A DNA stretch of 43,664 nucleotides, taken from assembly GCA_000934665.2 (NCBI GenBank), contig KZ538875.1, forward strand, positions 1-43,664. Reading direction: 5' to 3'. The number at the start of each line of letters is the position of its first letter. Position 1 is the first letter of the stretch. Positions 12,908 through 23,554 of the stretch are shown piece after piece. The position numbers and the translations under genes are program-made. This DNA comes from Catajapyx aquilonaris (lineage: Eukaryota). Below the pieces are notes generated by a model. It made no database searches. It was not told the DNA's origin and worked only from the letters and a program-made list of their open reading frames with translations.

Positions 12908-13290
12908 TCATAATAGTATAATTAGACTAAGTATTCTCCCCTCCCACCTGTCCACCGTTAGTGTTGACATTGCAATCCGAAGACGTGTATAGAACCAGTT
13001 TATTCTCTCTGGGGAAAAATAGCCAAGGTCATCTAGAGAGAGTTGCAGTCTTTTGACCTTGTTGCACTCCTTCCGTATTCGTAGTAAGTCGTCCCCCCAA
13101 TTTCCAAAAGGTCCTTCCGTAAACACTGGCGTAAGAAAAATTTCGGGTAGGGGCAGCTGCTCTCCACGCCCACCGATCCGCAGAAAAGCAATGGTCCCCC
13201 CTCTACCTCGACATACAGGTCGACCTTGGGTCACATTATTGGATCCACTTCAAAGGGGTTCACCTGGCACGCGCCGTGTGCCCTCAAGGC
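12908..13290 (-). mobile_element. Decayed CRE-clade-like non-LTR retrotransposon C-terminus (restriction-like endonuclease)
   Basis: KVDLYVEVEGGPLLF (cf. RPDIxV...DV), then FLTPVFTEGPFGNWG...WFYTRLRIAM...RIL (cf. FxPxVFETxGxWG...YQRLSxALQ..NA..IL). Confidence 0.4.
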
Positions 13291-14707
13291 AATGCCTTGT
13301 TCAGAGATTCTCAAGAATAATGCCGTTAAGTATATATTGCGAATGTTGATTGCAATGTGGAGGATCGTATAATACCTGTCATGAGAGCAGGGGACTAATA
13401 TTGTACTATTTTTGTGCAGTGTGTTTCAAAATTATGGCGAAGTCCAGGCTGATTGTTTAACTGGAAACAGCTGATAACTTATATAACTCAGTTCTGGGAA
13501 GTTATTGCCACATAGCTAAGCTTCCTCAACAGGTGAAATTAAAAAAAAAAAAAGTTACGACGAATATTTCCTAAGCGGTGCATTTTTGCCCCTGATCATA
13601 TTCGCTTATTTTAGTTGCCTGTAAAATATTCATCACACCAGTTAATTATTATACCATTGGAACAACGCTAATTAAAAGTTCATGATCAGGCGTACGCCTC
13701 TGGGCAAATCAGCGCTAGGAAATCAGTGTGCCATCTGTCGGTTTCCAGCTGGACACAAGACAATCCGCAAGTGACCTTAGAAGAAGGCAAAGGACAGCCA
13801 CTTGGCCTGTTCTAGAGACCAATGGTGTCCTCACGCATCTGTCGCGTGCCACGGAAAAGGTGCAATAGACAGCAAAAAAAGCCCATAGTAAGAGTGAGGT
13901 GTGGTAGTAAAAGGTGAGGTGGGGTAGGGGGGGGGGGGGCAAAGGCAGGTGAGAAGCGCGACGTATAGAGCAGACGACCAGCTGACCATGTGCCAGCAGA
14001 GGGATGGATGGCGTAAGGGTCACACCTGGCCTAGGCTCTACCTGGGGAGGCCCCAACAGCTGCCTCCCTATGAGGCGTATATCTATGAGGAAATGACTAC
14101 CAGGGATAAGGTGCTTACCTGTAGAAAATTACACATTTTACAGCCCTTCAGTAAGTTGGAGCTGCTGTAGATACACATACCGTTTCAGTCATTTTGGGGG
14201 GGCCTCCCCTATTCTCATCTTATTCTACCACCATCACGGAGGCAGAATCTAAATACAACTTGGGGGCTGGAGGAATGCTGCGGCTAAGATTCCAACACCC
14301 TGGTGGCTTGTGGGAAATTAAAAGGATGGGTGACAGCTGAGACAAGCCACCAGGAATCTTCCTCTCATCTCTTCCATTCAGAGGCATGGTAGCGTGCAGG
14401 ATGACCTTAACTCGGCCGGACCCCAAGGTTTCTTTTCTGCCCTATGGGAAATGCGCATTTATTTTATTTTGCAGTCCACGTGGAAGGTGGACAGCTCCGA
14501 CACACCTTGAGCTACATCTTTTTTGAAATAAAAAAAAATGTTTGTCCCATTTGGGGCATCGTAACCCCCAACATGCCCTGGTTGGATGATTTATTTTCAA
14601 AATCTGATGATATGTAGCAAAATGGCAAAAATTCTGATTTGCATGAGGCAAAGATTGATATTTGTGATATCTGATTCAGTGTCATTACTTGCATTCCCCC
14701 CCCCCCC

Positions 14708-14918
14708 NNNNNNNNNNNNNNNNNNNNNNNNNNNNNNNNNNNNNNNNNNNNNNNNNNNNNNNNNNNNNNNNNNNNNNNNNNNNNNNNNNNNNNNNNNNNN
14801 NNNNNNNNNNNNNNNNNNNNNNNNNNNNNNNNNNNNNNNNNNNNNNNNNNNNNNNNNNNNNNNNNNNNNNNNNNNNNNNNNNNNNNNNNNNNNNNNNNNN
14901 NNNNNNNNNNNNNNNNNN
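14708..14918. other. Assembly gap (211 N) flanked by poly-C
   Basis: The N run is seen directly. Confidence 0.99.
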
Positions 14919-15049
14919 CCCCACCCCACCCCGTCCGGATTTATTATCCATTTTTCCTCCCTCTGATTTCATTTTTTGTGTCTAATTCTGCGGCGGGCTT
15001 GTGTCTTATGAGAAGCCGAAGCAGAGCAGCCAACCGATCACAATCCCAG

Positions 15050-15310
15050 TGGCCACCACCACTAACCAACCACCACTTTCGCTTCCTCCCACAATTCCCA
15101 TGAGACTTTCCCACACCTGACTTACCAAGGTCAGCAGCATCACTATACTTTTCATGCCTCTGCACTCTTTCTTTTCCAGACGGTACAACCATTCAAAGTC
15201 TGCACACATTCCCAAACTATGGCTGGACAACTTCCAAAACGGATTCCTAAATTGCTTCCGTTTTACATACTGCCTCGACAGTATCTGGCTATTTAAAAAA
15301 AACACACACT
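15050..15310 (-). mobile_element. Possible decayed LINE ORF2 C-terminal fragment
   Basis: KRKQFRNPFWKLSSHSLGM resembles the RxxLxKFRxSSHxLxIE motif near LINE ORF2 C-termini. Confidence 0.22.
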
Positions 15311-17701
15311 CGACAATTGTCTTGTAAGCTTTTGTTCACATGGGACTGGTTATAAATAACGGTGCATGCTTTTAGCTTAGATGATTAAGAATCGAACTGA
15401 GATAACAGACATGTCGCATTATAACTGCTCAGTAAAAACAGTTCACAAAATAAGGAACAGGTTTATGAATAGTCCCAACTTTATATAAAATAACTCCTGG
15501 ATCGTGGGATTATGATGCACTGTATATATTTTTTTCATGTAATTCATCTATAATGACCTTTTTTGTTCAGAGTCCTTCAAAGTGACAGCGAAATTAATAC
15601 TGCACTATATAGGCACTTAGATAGCATCCTGCAACGCATTAACATGTGAGAAATATGACTAAAATGAAGAAAAAATGCAATCTAATGTACACATCAATGC
15701 CTATCATATTGCGTAAGTAAGGCAAACCCGAGTAAAAAAATTGGTGGAAAATTTCAGTAAGGTTACATAAACAATTGCTCACGTTTCTACTGTATCTTGT
15801 GATTGAGAAACAAAATAGAGCGGAAGAAACTATATGCTATGCAACTTGTGGGAAGTAAACCCTCATCGAGGGCCTTCAGCAAAGTTATGAATCTACAAGT
15901 ATGACGTCATAACTTGCACAAGTATAACACTGGAGAAATTAGAATTGTTTTTACAACTTATAAAAGTGCAAAGTTACAGAAAAAAATCATTTTACTTACA
16001 CCGTTACATAAGACTTCAGAACAGGCAATATGACCATACCACATTGGAGGCAAGAATGTCACATCTGCACACTCACCATGGGAATGAGATTTAAAAATGT
16101 GGAAATGCTCCATAGATCGAGCTAGTTATTTATGTGCGCGTTGCATCTTGTCATGCCTCTCCAAAACAATGATCCTCACATGAGAATAACCCACCCTATT
16201 GTCCCTGCAAAAAGCTGTTTGTCAACTATTTGATCCCAAATGCGCGTCCCTTCTCATCAAACCCTTGCACCGATTCATTGTTTCCAGTAATTTAATGAGG
16301 AATTGTGCTGAGACCCGTTATTCCCTCTGGATAATCCCTCATCTGCATGCCTTTCAATTAATTCTCCCCCCTACTCCTCCTGTGTTGATCCAAAATCCTG
16401 CAATATTACGCCCTGAAAGCACCCTCCACATACTCCACATCATGATTTCATCGGTATCCGAAAGGGATGAGTGGGAAACCCTTCATTATTCCCTCGGGAG
16501 TAATGGAGCGCAGAAACCCTATTAAATTCCCATAGGAAGTCTCTTTTCTCCCTCGAGTAGAGTCTGGTTGAGAGTCAGAGGGCAACCATGCGTGAAAATG
16601 ACTGGGGTTTTGGCAGACAGAAGTCGATTTCGTAGTCTCAAGCTGCCATATTGGCAAATACAGAGAGGGAGGGATGGCTCCATGGGGGTCGTCAACAGTT
16701 GGGGGTGGCCGCTGGCTCATATAGGACCAGGGGATGGGTCATGACAAGGGGGATGGGTCATGACAGCTAGGGTTTGCATGTTAATAATGGCTGTCATGTC
16801 CCCTCTTTGCCCACCCGGGTTTATCTGGGGACATCGAAGGCAAAAGGTTGCTGAACTTGGGTGTTCAACTGATGACATATCGGCTAATCTAACCCAGTGT
16901 GTATTACGAAACAATAGAAGAAATTAGTTTCGACAACTAGTGTCACTGGAAATGAATTTTCCGGCGCAACGGACAGAACGACCAGACGACAGTTTCGCAA
17001 ATGTGGCCATTGTTTTATCCAATGGTAGCTTGAGTCTGAATTCCCTTTCCCTCTCTGCCTCAGCCAGCATTTGCAAAGTTCTTTCATGGTCGTGTATCGT
17101 ATCAAAGCTGTGGTTTAAAACTTTCGCAGTGTTTAATTAAATTTTAAATACTGCACAAAATTAAAAATTAAACAGATAGGTCTCATAATAATTATCATAA
17201 GACATTTGTCATGCACAAAATAGTTGGACGACCTGCAATAATGGCTTTTTAAATTCCTGAAAGGGGTCCTAGCTTACATTTCGCAAACCCACGTAAAAAA
17301 TCGTCCTGATTTTCAAATGAATTTTGGTGTTTTTTGTTTAAAGAAATAAATTATTAGTTTTCGAACTATGATCGAACTAAGATCATAATAATTATACGGT
17401 ATTGTACTGCCCTCTGACATCACTCGGGTCAAAAAAATAAACATGCAGGCAGGAATGCACCGGGTTGCTTTGTTCCTTTATTTGTTGCCTAACAGCAGAA
17501 TCGAACGACCGCAAGTAAATCCGAATCGAACGAGCGCGAGGCAACTGCTTGCGACGTCACTTGGGTCAGATGCCACGCCCTCGTTTTTCCCGCCAATTTG
17601 CGAGTGACTTTTAAACCACCGATAATTAATCGAGGAATGACATTTTGGTGCCGAAAAGTGGTGGCATGGGTGTTTATATGTATCGTTGAGCTATTCGTGT
17701 A

Positions 17702-17863
17702 CAGTACTGGCCAATAATCGAGGCAACGACTAGCGACATTTTTCCGAAGCGGCAGAAGAAGGAATCTTGCTCGCCCGTCTTGAAGCATGCACATCTTCGA
17801 TTCCTTCTTCTGCCGCTTCGGGAAAATGTCGCTAGTCGTTGCCTCGATTATTGGCCAGTACTG
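17702..17863. mobile_element. 162-bp Tc1/mariner-type MITE with TA TSD and 65-bp TIRs
   Basis: Arms 17702-17766 and 17799-17863 are reverse complements at 64/65 positions, with a 32-bp loop. The ends are CAGTACTGG...CCAGTACTG, flanked by TA at 17700-17701 and 17864-17865. Confidence 0.85.
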
Positions 17864-19603
17864 TACAAATTACCCAAATCCCAGGCCAAGGCTAGGACCC
17901 CATTGTAATAGGCATTGTAGTAGCTTAGATGGTTTTTTGCAAAAATGCCAGTTCAGGGCATCGTTGTGTCCAGCATACTACAGAACACCTTATTTCAAGT
18001 TCAAATATCACCTACTCCTCTCGCAAATGAGAACAGGAAATTAATAATTTCATTAACTGCTATGTAAAACTTGCATATTTACACAAAAGCATATATTTGC
18101 CCATTCGACCAAAATACAATCAAACAAACGCTGCTCTTGCGCAACATTCGTCATATTAGGTCCCATCAGCACCGATTCAACGAATGGCTTCCAGCCCTTT
18201 GCAAAAACGTCCAGCTGCTCTGCAGGAATGCCTATGCAAGTATATAGCCGGTGCTTCTAAAAGATGCACCAGGCACCTTCTCTCAGCTACAAATCACAGC
18301 TGGCCTTCTGACGAACTTTTGCAGCTGCCCCCCCTCCTCCCCTCCCTAGCATTATTACTAGCACCGGGCACGCGACGCCGGATAAAAGGGACGCCATGAC
18401 GTCACATTACCCCCTCCCCCCCTCAACTTCCAAAGAGAAATGGGCCAATCCCAGAAGCCCCACCAGTTCTTCGGGTTACATGGAGGACAATAAGTGACGC
18501 AGGGCCGCGTGTAACATGGGGAGTACAATTTTTTTTCCCCTTCCCTATACCCCCCCTATGCCCCCCTCTTCTCCCCCAATGGCCTCCAAGGGAGGTGATT
18601 TAATTCTGGGGATGAATGGCGGCGTCGCCATTTCAACTCTGAAAAGGGGGGGATATGGTGCAAGGGGGGCAATTTCAACAGTGGTGGATCATCATTGAAT
18701 AGGAATCCTGCTTTTCTATGAAAATTGGAACAATGTAGTGGTGGAATTGTGCGCCTGTCCTGACAGGTTATGTGACCTTTCGAACTGCGGGAAGGTCAGT
18801 TACGGTCCATCACTATGTGCTGGTGCTGTCAGGTATTCATTGTGTGGGCATCAGTCCCCCCCCCTGCTTGTACCCCTGCACAAGTGCATATAACCCCCCC
18901 TCTCCCTCCCCCCCCCAAAAAAACAACCAGGAAATTAAATGGCACCCTCGTATTTCCCCTCAGCTTTTGTTTTGACTTTTTACAACGCACCCTAGTGGCA
19001 TAAACACAAACTGGTGCTATTGAAACAGAGTAATTGAGAGGCCAACAAAAATCAGAAATCCGGACTCGAAAGTTGGGGTGCCCTTCATTAAATTTGAGGG
19101 AAGTGACCATAACTGGTGTTATTGTCCAATTATTGCAGTATGAAAGTCCCCGATATGATTCAGGGCTGATGATCTCTGGTAAATGGATGATGACAAGTTC
19201 GGTTGGCCACAACCAAGCACAGCTGTCTTTTCATCCCCGACCCGCATAATGGGTAGCGATGACGTGCAATTTTGATTGCTATTCGGCTGCCACTTATGGT
19301 GTAGAGTTGACAGGTGGGGATACAGTCCCCTACCACCCAGCATCAGCAGTGGTTGCTTTAATCAGCACCGATCTGCCGCCTTTATGCAAACGATGGGATA
19401 TCAGCGTTACAATCGCGCCTGTAGCTAAATGGAATGAGTTATAAATGAATTTGAGGGTAAGGGTTGCTGGAAAATGGGCGTCATTTGTATAGGCAGCATT
19501 TATGTGAATGCCGTACCATATGATAATAATTCTCCCTTCATATTTAGCGTCCGAAGTGAAGCCTGTCAGTTTATTTTAAATTTTTGCTCAATTTCAATTT
19601 TTT

Positions 19604-19757
19604 ACACTTGAAATAGTAACCACTCCGTTTGAGTAATAATTTTACCATTTTAAAAATAACCTTCGAGTCAATTCTAGCACTTTTTGACTCAAACTGCGAA
19701 AAAATTGCGTTATGGGGTCGAGTGAAAAATTGTCAACCAACAGCATATTTCAAGTGT
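19604..19757. repeat. Degenerate inverted repeat, possible old MITE
   Basis: ACACTTGAAATA (19604-19615) pairs with TATTTCAAGTGT (19746-19757). There is an internal GAGTCAA/TTGACTC pair and weaker flanking similarity. Confidence 0.35.
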
Positions 19758-22138
19758 GAGAAAGTGAAAAGTCACTAAAAATAACTTATTTTGCATTTTG
19801 TGCTACATGTCGATTAAGTGATAAAATAGTCAGCTGCAAATACGAGGGTGAACCGGTCAGAATGTTAGGAAGAAACTAAATGAATTTATACAGTGTTAGT
19901 TGCGGCATAGGTGTGATGCCATGTATTAATTTACCTAGGGGTGTGCCAAGATTCGTGTTCAAAAGACCTCTTAGCACCTGCTCGGTAGGCCCTCGCTTAT
20001 TTTGTGGGACAGTGTTTTTGCTATTTGCATGTTGCAAGAAGCATTCTTGTTTTTGTTTTTGTTTTTTTCACTTCTATTTTTCACTCTTTCCAGCGATGAT
20101 TCAGTGAAAGCAGGAGTGGAAGAATTTTTTCGCCAGTTCTGTTCGTACGTCTTCCAAGATGAAAATCTGGTTCGCATAGCCAACTTTATTTGCATAGTTA
20201 CAGGTGTCAACATGCAACTGTTATTCAAGTTCAAGGTCTGCTAGTATAATGACACAGACTAGTGATAATAATAATGCAGAAAGTTAAGAAAATCGTGAGA
20301 ACTGGGGATCTAACACTGCACTACTTTTCATTTTACGATCATCGTTACGCAGGAAGATATTTTTTAATGCTCCAGAAACATTCTCAGCGGTTTTTTTCAC
20401 GCATCCGCGAGCATACCCAAGTGCCGAACAATATACCCGTCACATTATCGCGACTCCCATCGCGCCCATGTTCACATAGCATGCGTCGTGTGTTCAAAAC
20501 ACACCTCGAATTTTCCCATACGGAGCTGCGTGTACATCGGGTACAAATCAAGGAGCACTTGCCTTGATAATGGGACTAGATCTTGAAGTGCGTCCGGCTT
20601 TTTCCCTCCAAAGAAAAATGAAAATGAAAATGATAAAAAAGCGGCCATGGGATTGCAGCCATTAGCATCTCCCAACCTGAAGTGCCCGAGTTTTCTTAGC
20701 AATTACAACACTGGCTTTCGTGACTTTTGCTGCTCATGGTCTAATTAGGACACACATTGGGGTGGATGCATGGGAGATGACTCTGTTGTAAAAGACCGGT
20801 AGAAAAAATTACAACATGCAAACAAGTGCTTTTGTATCGCCCCATGAAAATCATCTTGGTCATGCCATCGCAAGTGAATAATAAGGGAATCATTTTTCCA
20901 TAATATTACAAACAATTACGATTCATATGCATATACTGGAAGACAGTTGCTAGCACGTGGGACGTACTGGGGGAAAATTGGGTTAATTAAATATGCGGGG
21001 AAGAAGATGATTTCGAGCAGCGATTCGCGTGTGCTTCTGGCCCCACCTCATACGGACTTTTCGGGAGGAAATGGACAGCCTTGGTTGAGTCTCCGTTAAA
21101 GAGGAAATGCCCCATGTCATACCTACAAGCAAACGGATGAGGTGGGATTGCCCCCCAGCTTTGAAGAAACTGTATCCTTGGCACACACAAAAAAAAGTCT
21201 TGGCAGTGAAGGAATTTTAACATTGAGCAAAAATATTTAAGGTTTCGGCAGCATTTTGGATATACTGCAGCAGACTCGCACCTGAAATGATCGGAGTCAT
21301 ATAATTTAAATGGATTGAAGTTTGAACTTGCATTCATTCCTTTATTTGCATTTTGCATTATCAAACATTTCTCTAGAGGACTGTAATGGATCTACCAGAA
21401 AACCAATTTTACATGAAAAATACACGCCACTTACATATACATAATGACTAATTTAATTTGAACTAAATGAGACTCCGGTCATTTTGCAAATCAGATTTTC
21501 AATAAGTTATTTAATATCTAAGAAATGGCAAGAGTTGCCATATAACTGGATTCCTAATTGTTACAATATATAGTAAAGAGCAAAGTCATTATATTGAATC
21601 ATCCCATCTGCACAAAAAGTGATCGTAAAAATTATAGACGCCATATTTTTTAACGTTTTACGTAAAAGATGCAGCATCTCGGCCGTACAATATCCAAACC
21701 TTCCCACGCTGTTAAAATATCGCATAGCCATTACGTCAACCTAATGTTTTCTAGCGATATAATTTGCCTTGCTTGTGCACACGTTACGTGATGTGTGCTA
21801 ATCTCTCGTTTGATTTCAAAGCTGGGGAAAAAATCGCATGAAAAATCTTAAAGTCATGCCTACATCCAGTAAGCAACCTTGAGTCCATTTATAGAGCAAA
21901 GATTCACGTGGATTTGGACTCACATGCACAAAAAAAAGTACACTCCATCCCCCCTAATTATCCCAATTACCCCAAAAGATACGCCGCGGGAATCCTAGAT
22001 GTATGCGCGTGCTCCTGAGGGGAAACAAGATGCAGGCCGGATGACACCTCATTTTGATTCCGGTCTCATTTGGCGGATCACCAATTAAATCAAACCACGA
22101 GGGAGGTCTCTAATTGCACCCTTTTGTTTGCACTTTAA

Positions 22139-22406
22139 CTCCTTCGTGCCCGCCATTTTTACCTTGGTCGTGTCTGATGCTGCATGCTTCTTCCTTCCGC
22201 CCTTCAAATCACGGATTGCGACTCCACATCGTGCCCATTGTCCCCGCGACAATAGTGTGCTAAAAAGAACGGGTTTTCTATTCGGATGTTCGCGACATTT
22301 CCCTTAGATATATCGATATATCGATATACACTCCATAATTTTTTTTAGCTCACATATGTATACGGTTCCCTTGGCTTTTGTTGCATGTAATTTATGCCTG
22401 AAAGAG
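22139..22406. mobile_element. Possible piggyBac-type MITE (TTAA TSD, short imperfect TIRs)
   Basis: TTAA|CTCCTTCGTGC (22135-22149) versus GCCTGAAAGAG|TTAA (22396-22410): the 11-bp TIRs match at 8/11 and TTAA flanks both ends. Confidence 0.4.
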
Positions 22407-23536
22407 TTAAGACCATCACCAAAGCGTAGACAATTTTTTTTCACCGTCTTGGCCAGACCTAGAAGACATAAAGTAAGGCGGTCACAGTGACTGCGCGCGT
22501 TGTCCTGAAAGGTGGAGCCATGGGAGCCAACACTTCCATAAAACTCCGCTCCTAATTGGACCCTGCCCTTGCCCTCTTTGACCCAATTTCGTCATCGATG
22601 GTGGGACACCGAGACAACAGGAGACATGCACTCTAAACATACACATAACATCTTATGCCTCTTGTGACATTTGGTCACGGTCGCAGGCTTGGCTTTCACC
22701 CTCAAAAAATAAGGGATGATGGCAGTCGGCATTGCGTTTTTCTTTGTGTAATCAGCAGATTTTCGCGCCCCCTGCGACACATCTCAAAGCTTGGCTGCTC
22801 CCCGCCAATTGCTCAAGGTTTTTTCTTTGTCGTAATTTGCAACAGAAAACATTGTTGTCTCAACCCCCCTTGGTGAAGATATGGCCACTGGGCCAAACAA
22901 CTGAGGGGTACGCAGGTACTGGATGCAATAAATGCTGACGTGTTTCGAAGGAAATATGTCGTCGCAATACCTTGATTATAAGGTCATTTCACTGTAGGTG
23001 TTAAGCATCGTTAGGCTACCCTTTACATACCTCATATTAATAATTTCAATGCATGATATGCAGATTGATAAACATACGTTAGAAATTGAGCCGTTTTTAT
23101 TCAGAAAAATACTGCATAACGAAGATCTTGTGCGCACCGTTTGCAGAAGCACGTTCCGCATCGCAAGACTGCGCAGGACTACTATTGATATGTCACAAGA
23201 GTGACACGAGCAGTAAAGAACCCTAGTCCCCAAAGTAGCCGTTAGGTCCCCTCTGTCAAAAACCCTGGCCGTTTGTATTTGAAAAAGACACTTTCAAAGC
23301 TGAGGCTGACCTGAATTTTAATCCAGCGAAGAAGATGAAAGGTCTTGGCCAGTTATAATTATTCCAGAGAGCACCTTTTTTTAAGGCTCCCGAAGGGAAG
23401 GCTGCTAGACTTGCGGGTGCACCTGAAAGAACAAAAAGAAACCAAGTTGAAAAGAGCAACAGGCAGGGAAAAGTAACGCCAGAGTGAAGGCCTTCACACT
23501 TGCACGTTGTCGATTCAAGGGAGGGGGGGGGGGGGG

Positions 23537-23554
23537 NNNNNNNNNNNNNNNNNN
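23537..23554. other. Assembly gap (18 N) inside a poly-G tract
   Basis: The N run is seen directly. Confidence 0.99.

Noticed and set aside
14586..14985. Four ORFs with long X runs
   Set aside because: They are open only because they cross the N gap.
16860..16915. Hammerhead-like CTGATGA...CGAAAC core
   Set aside because: There is no stem I and stem II pairs poorly. No intact hammerhead was found near the Penelope remnant either.
16880..19250. Possible Ig-domain exon remnants on the minus strand (16.9-17.1 kb and 19.0-19.2 kb)
   Set aside because: No convincing Cys-Trp-Cys pattern could be reconstructed.
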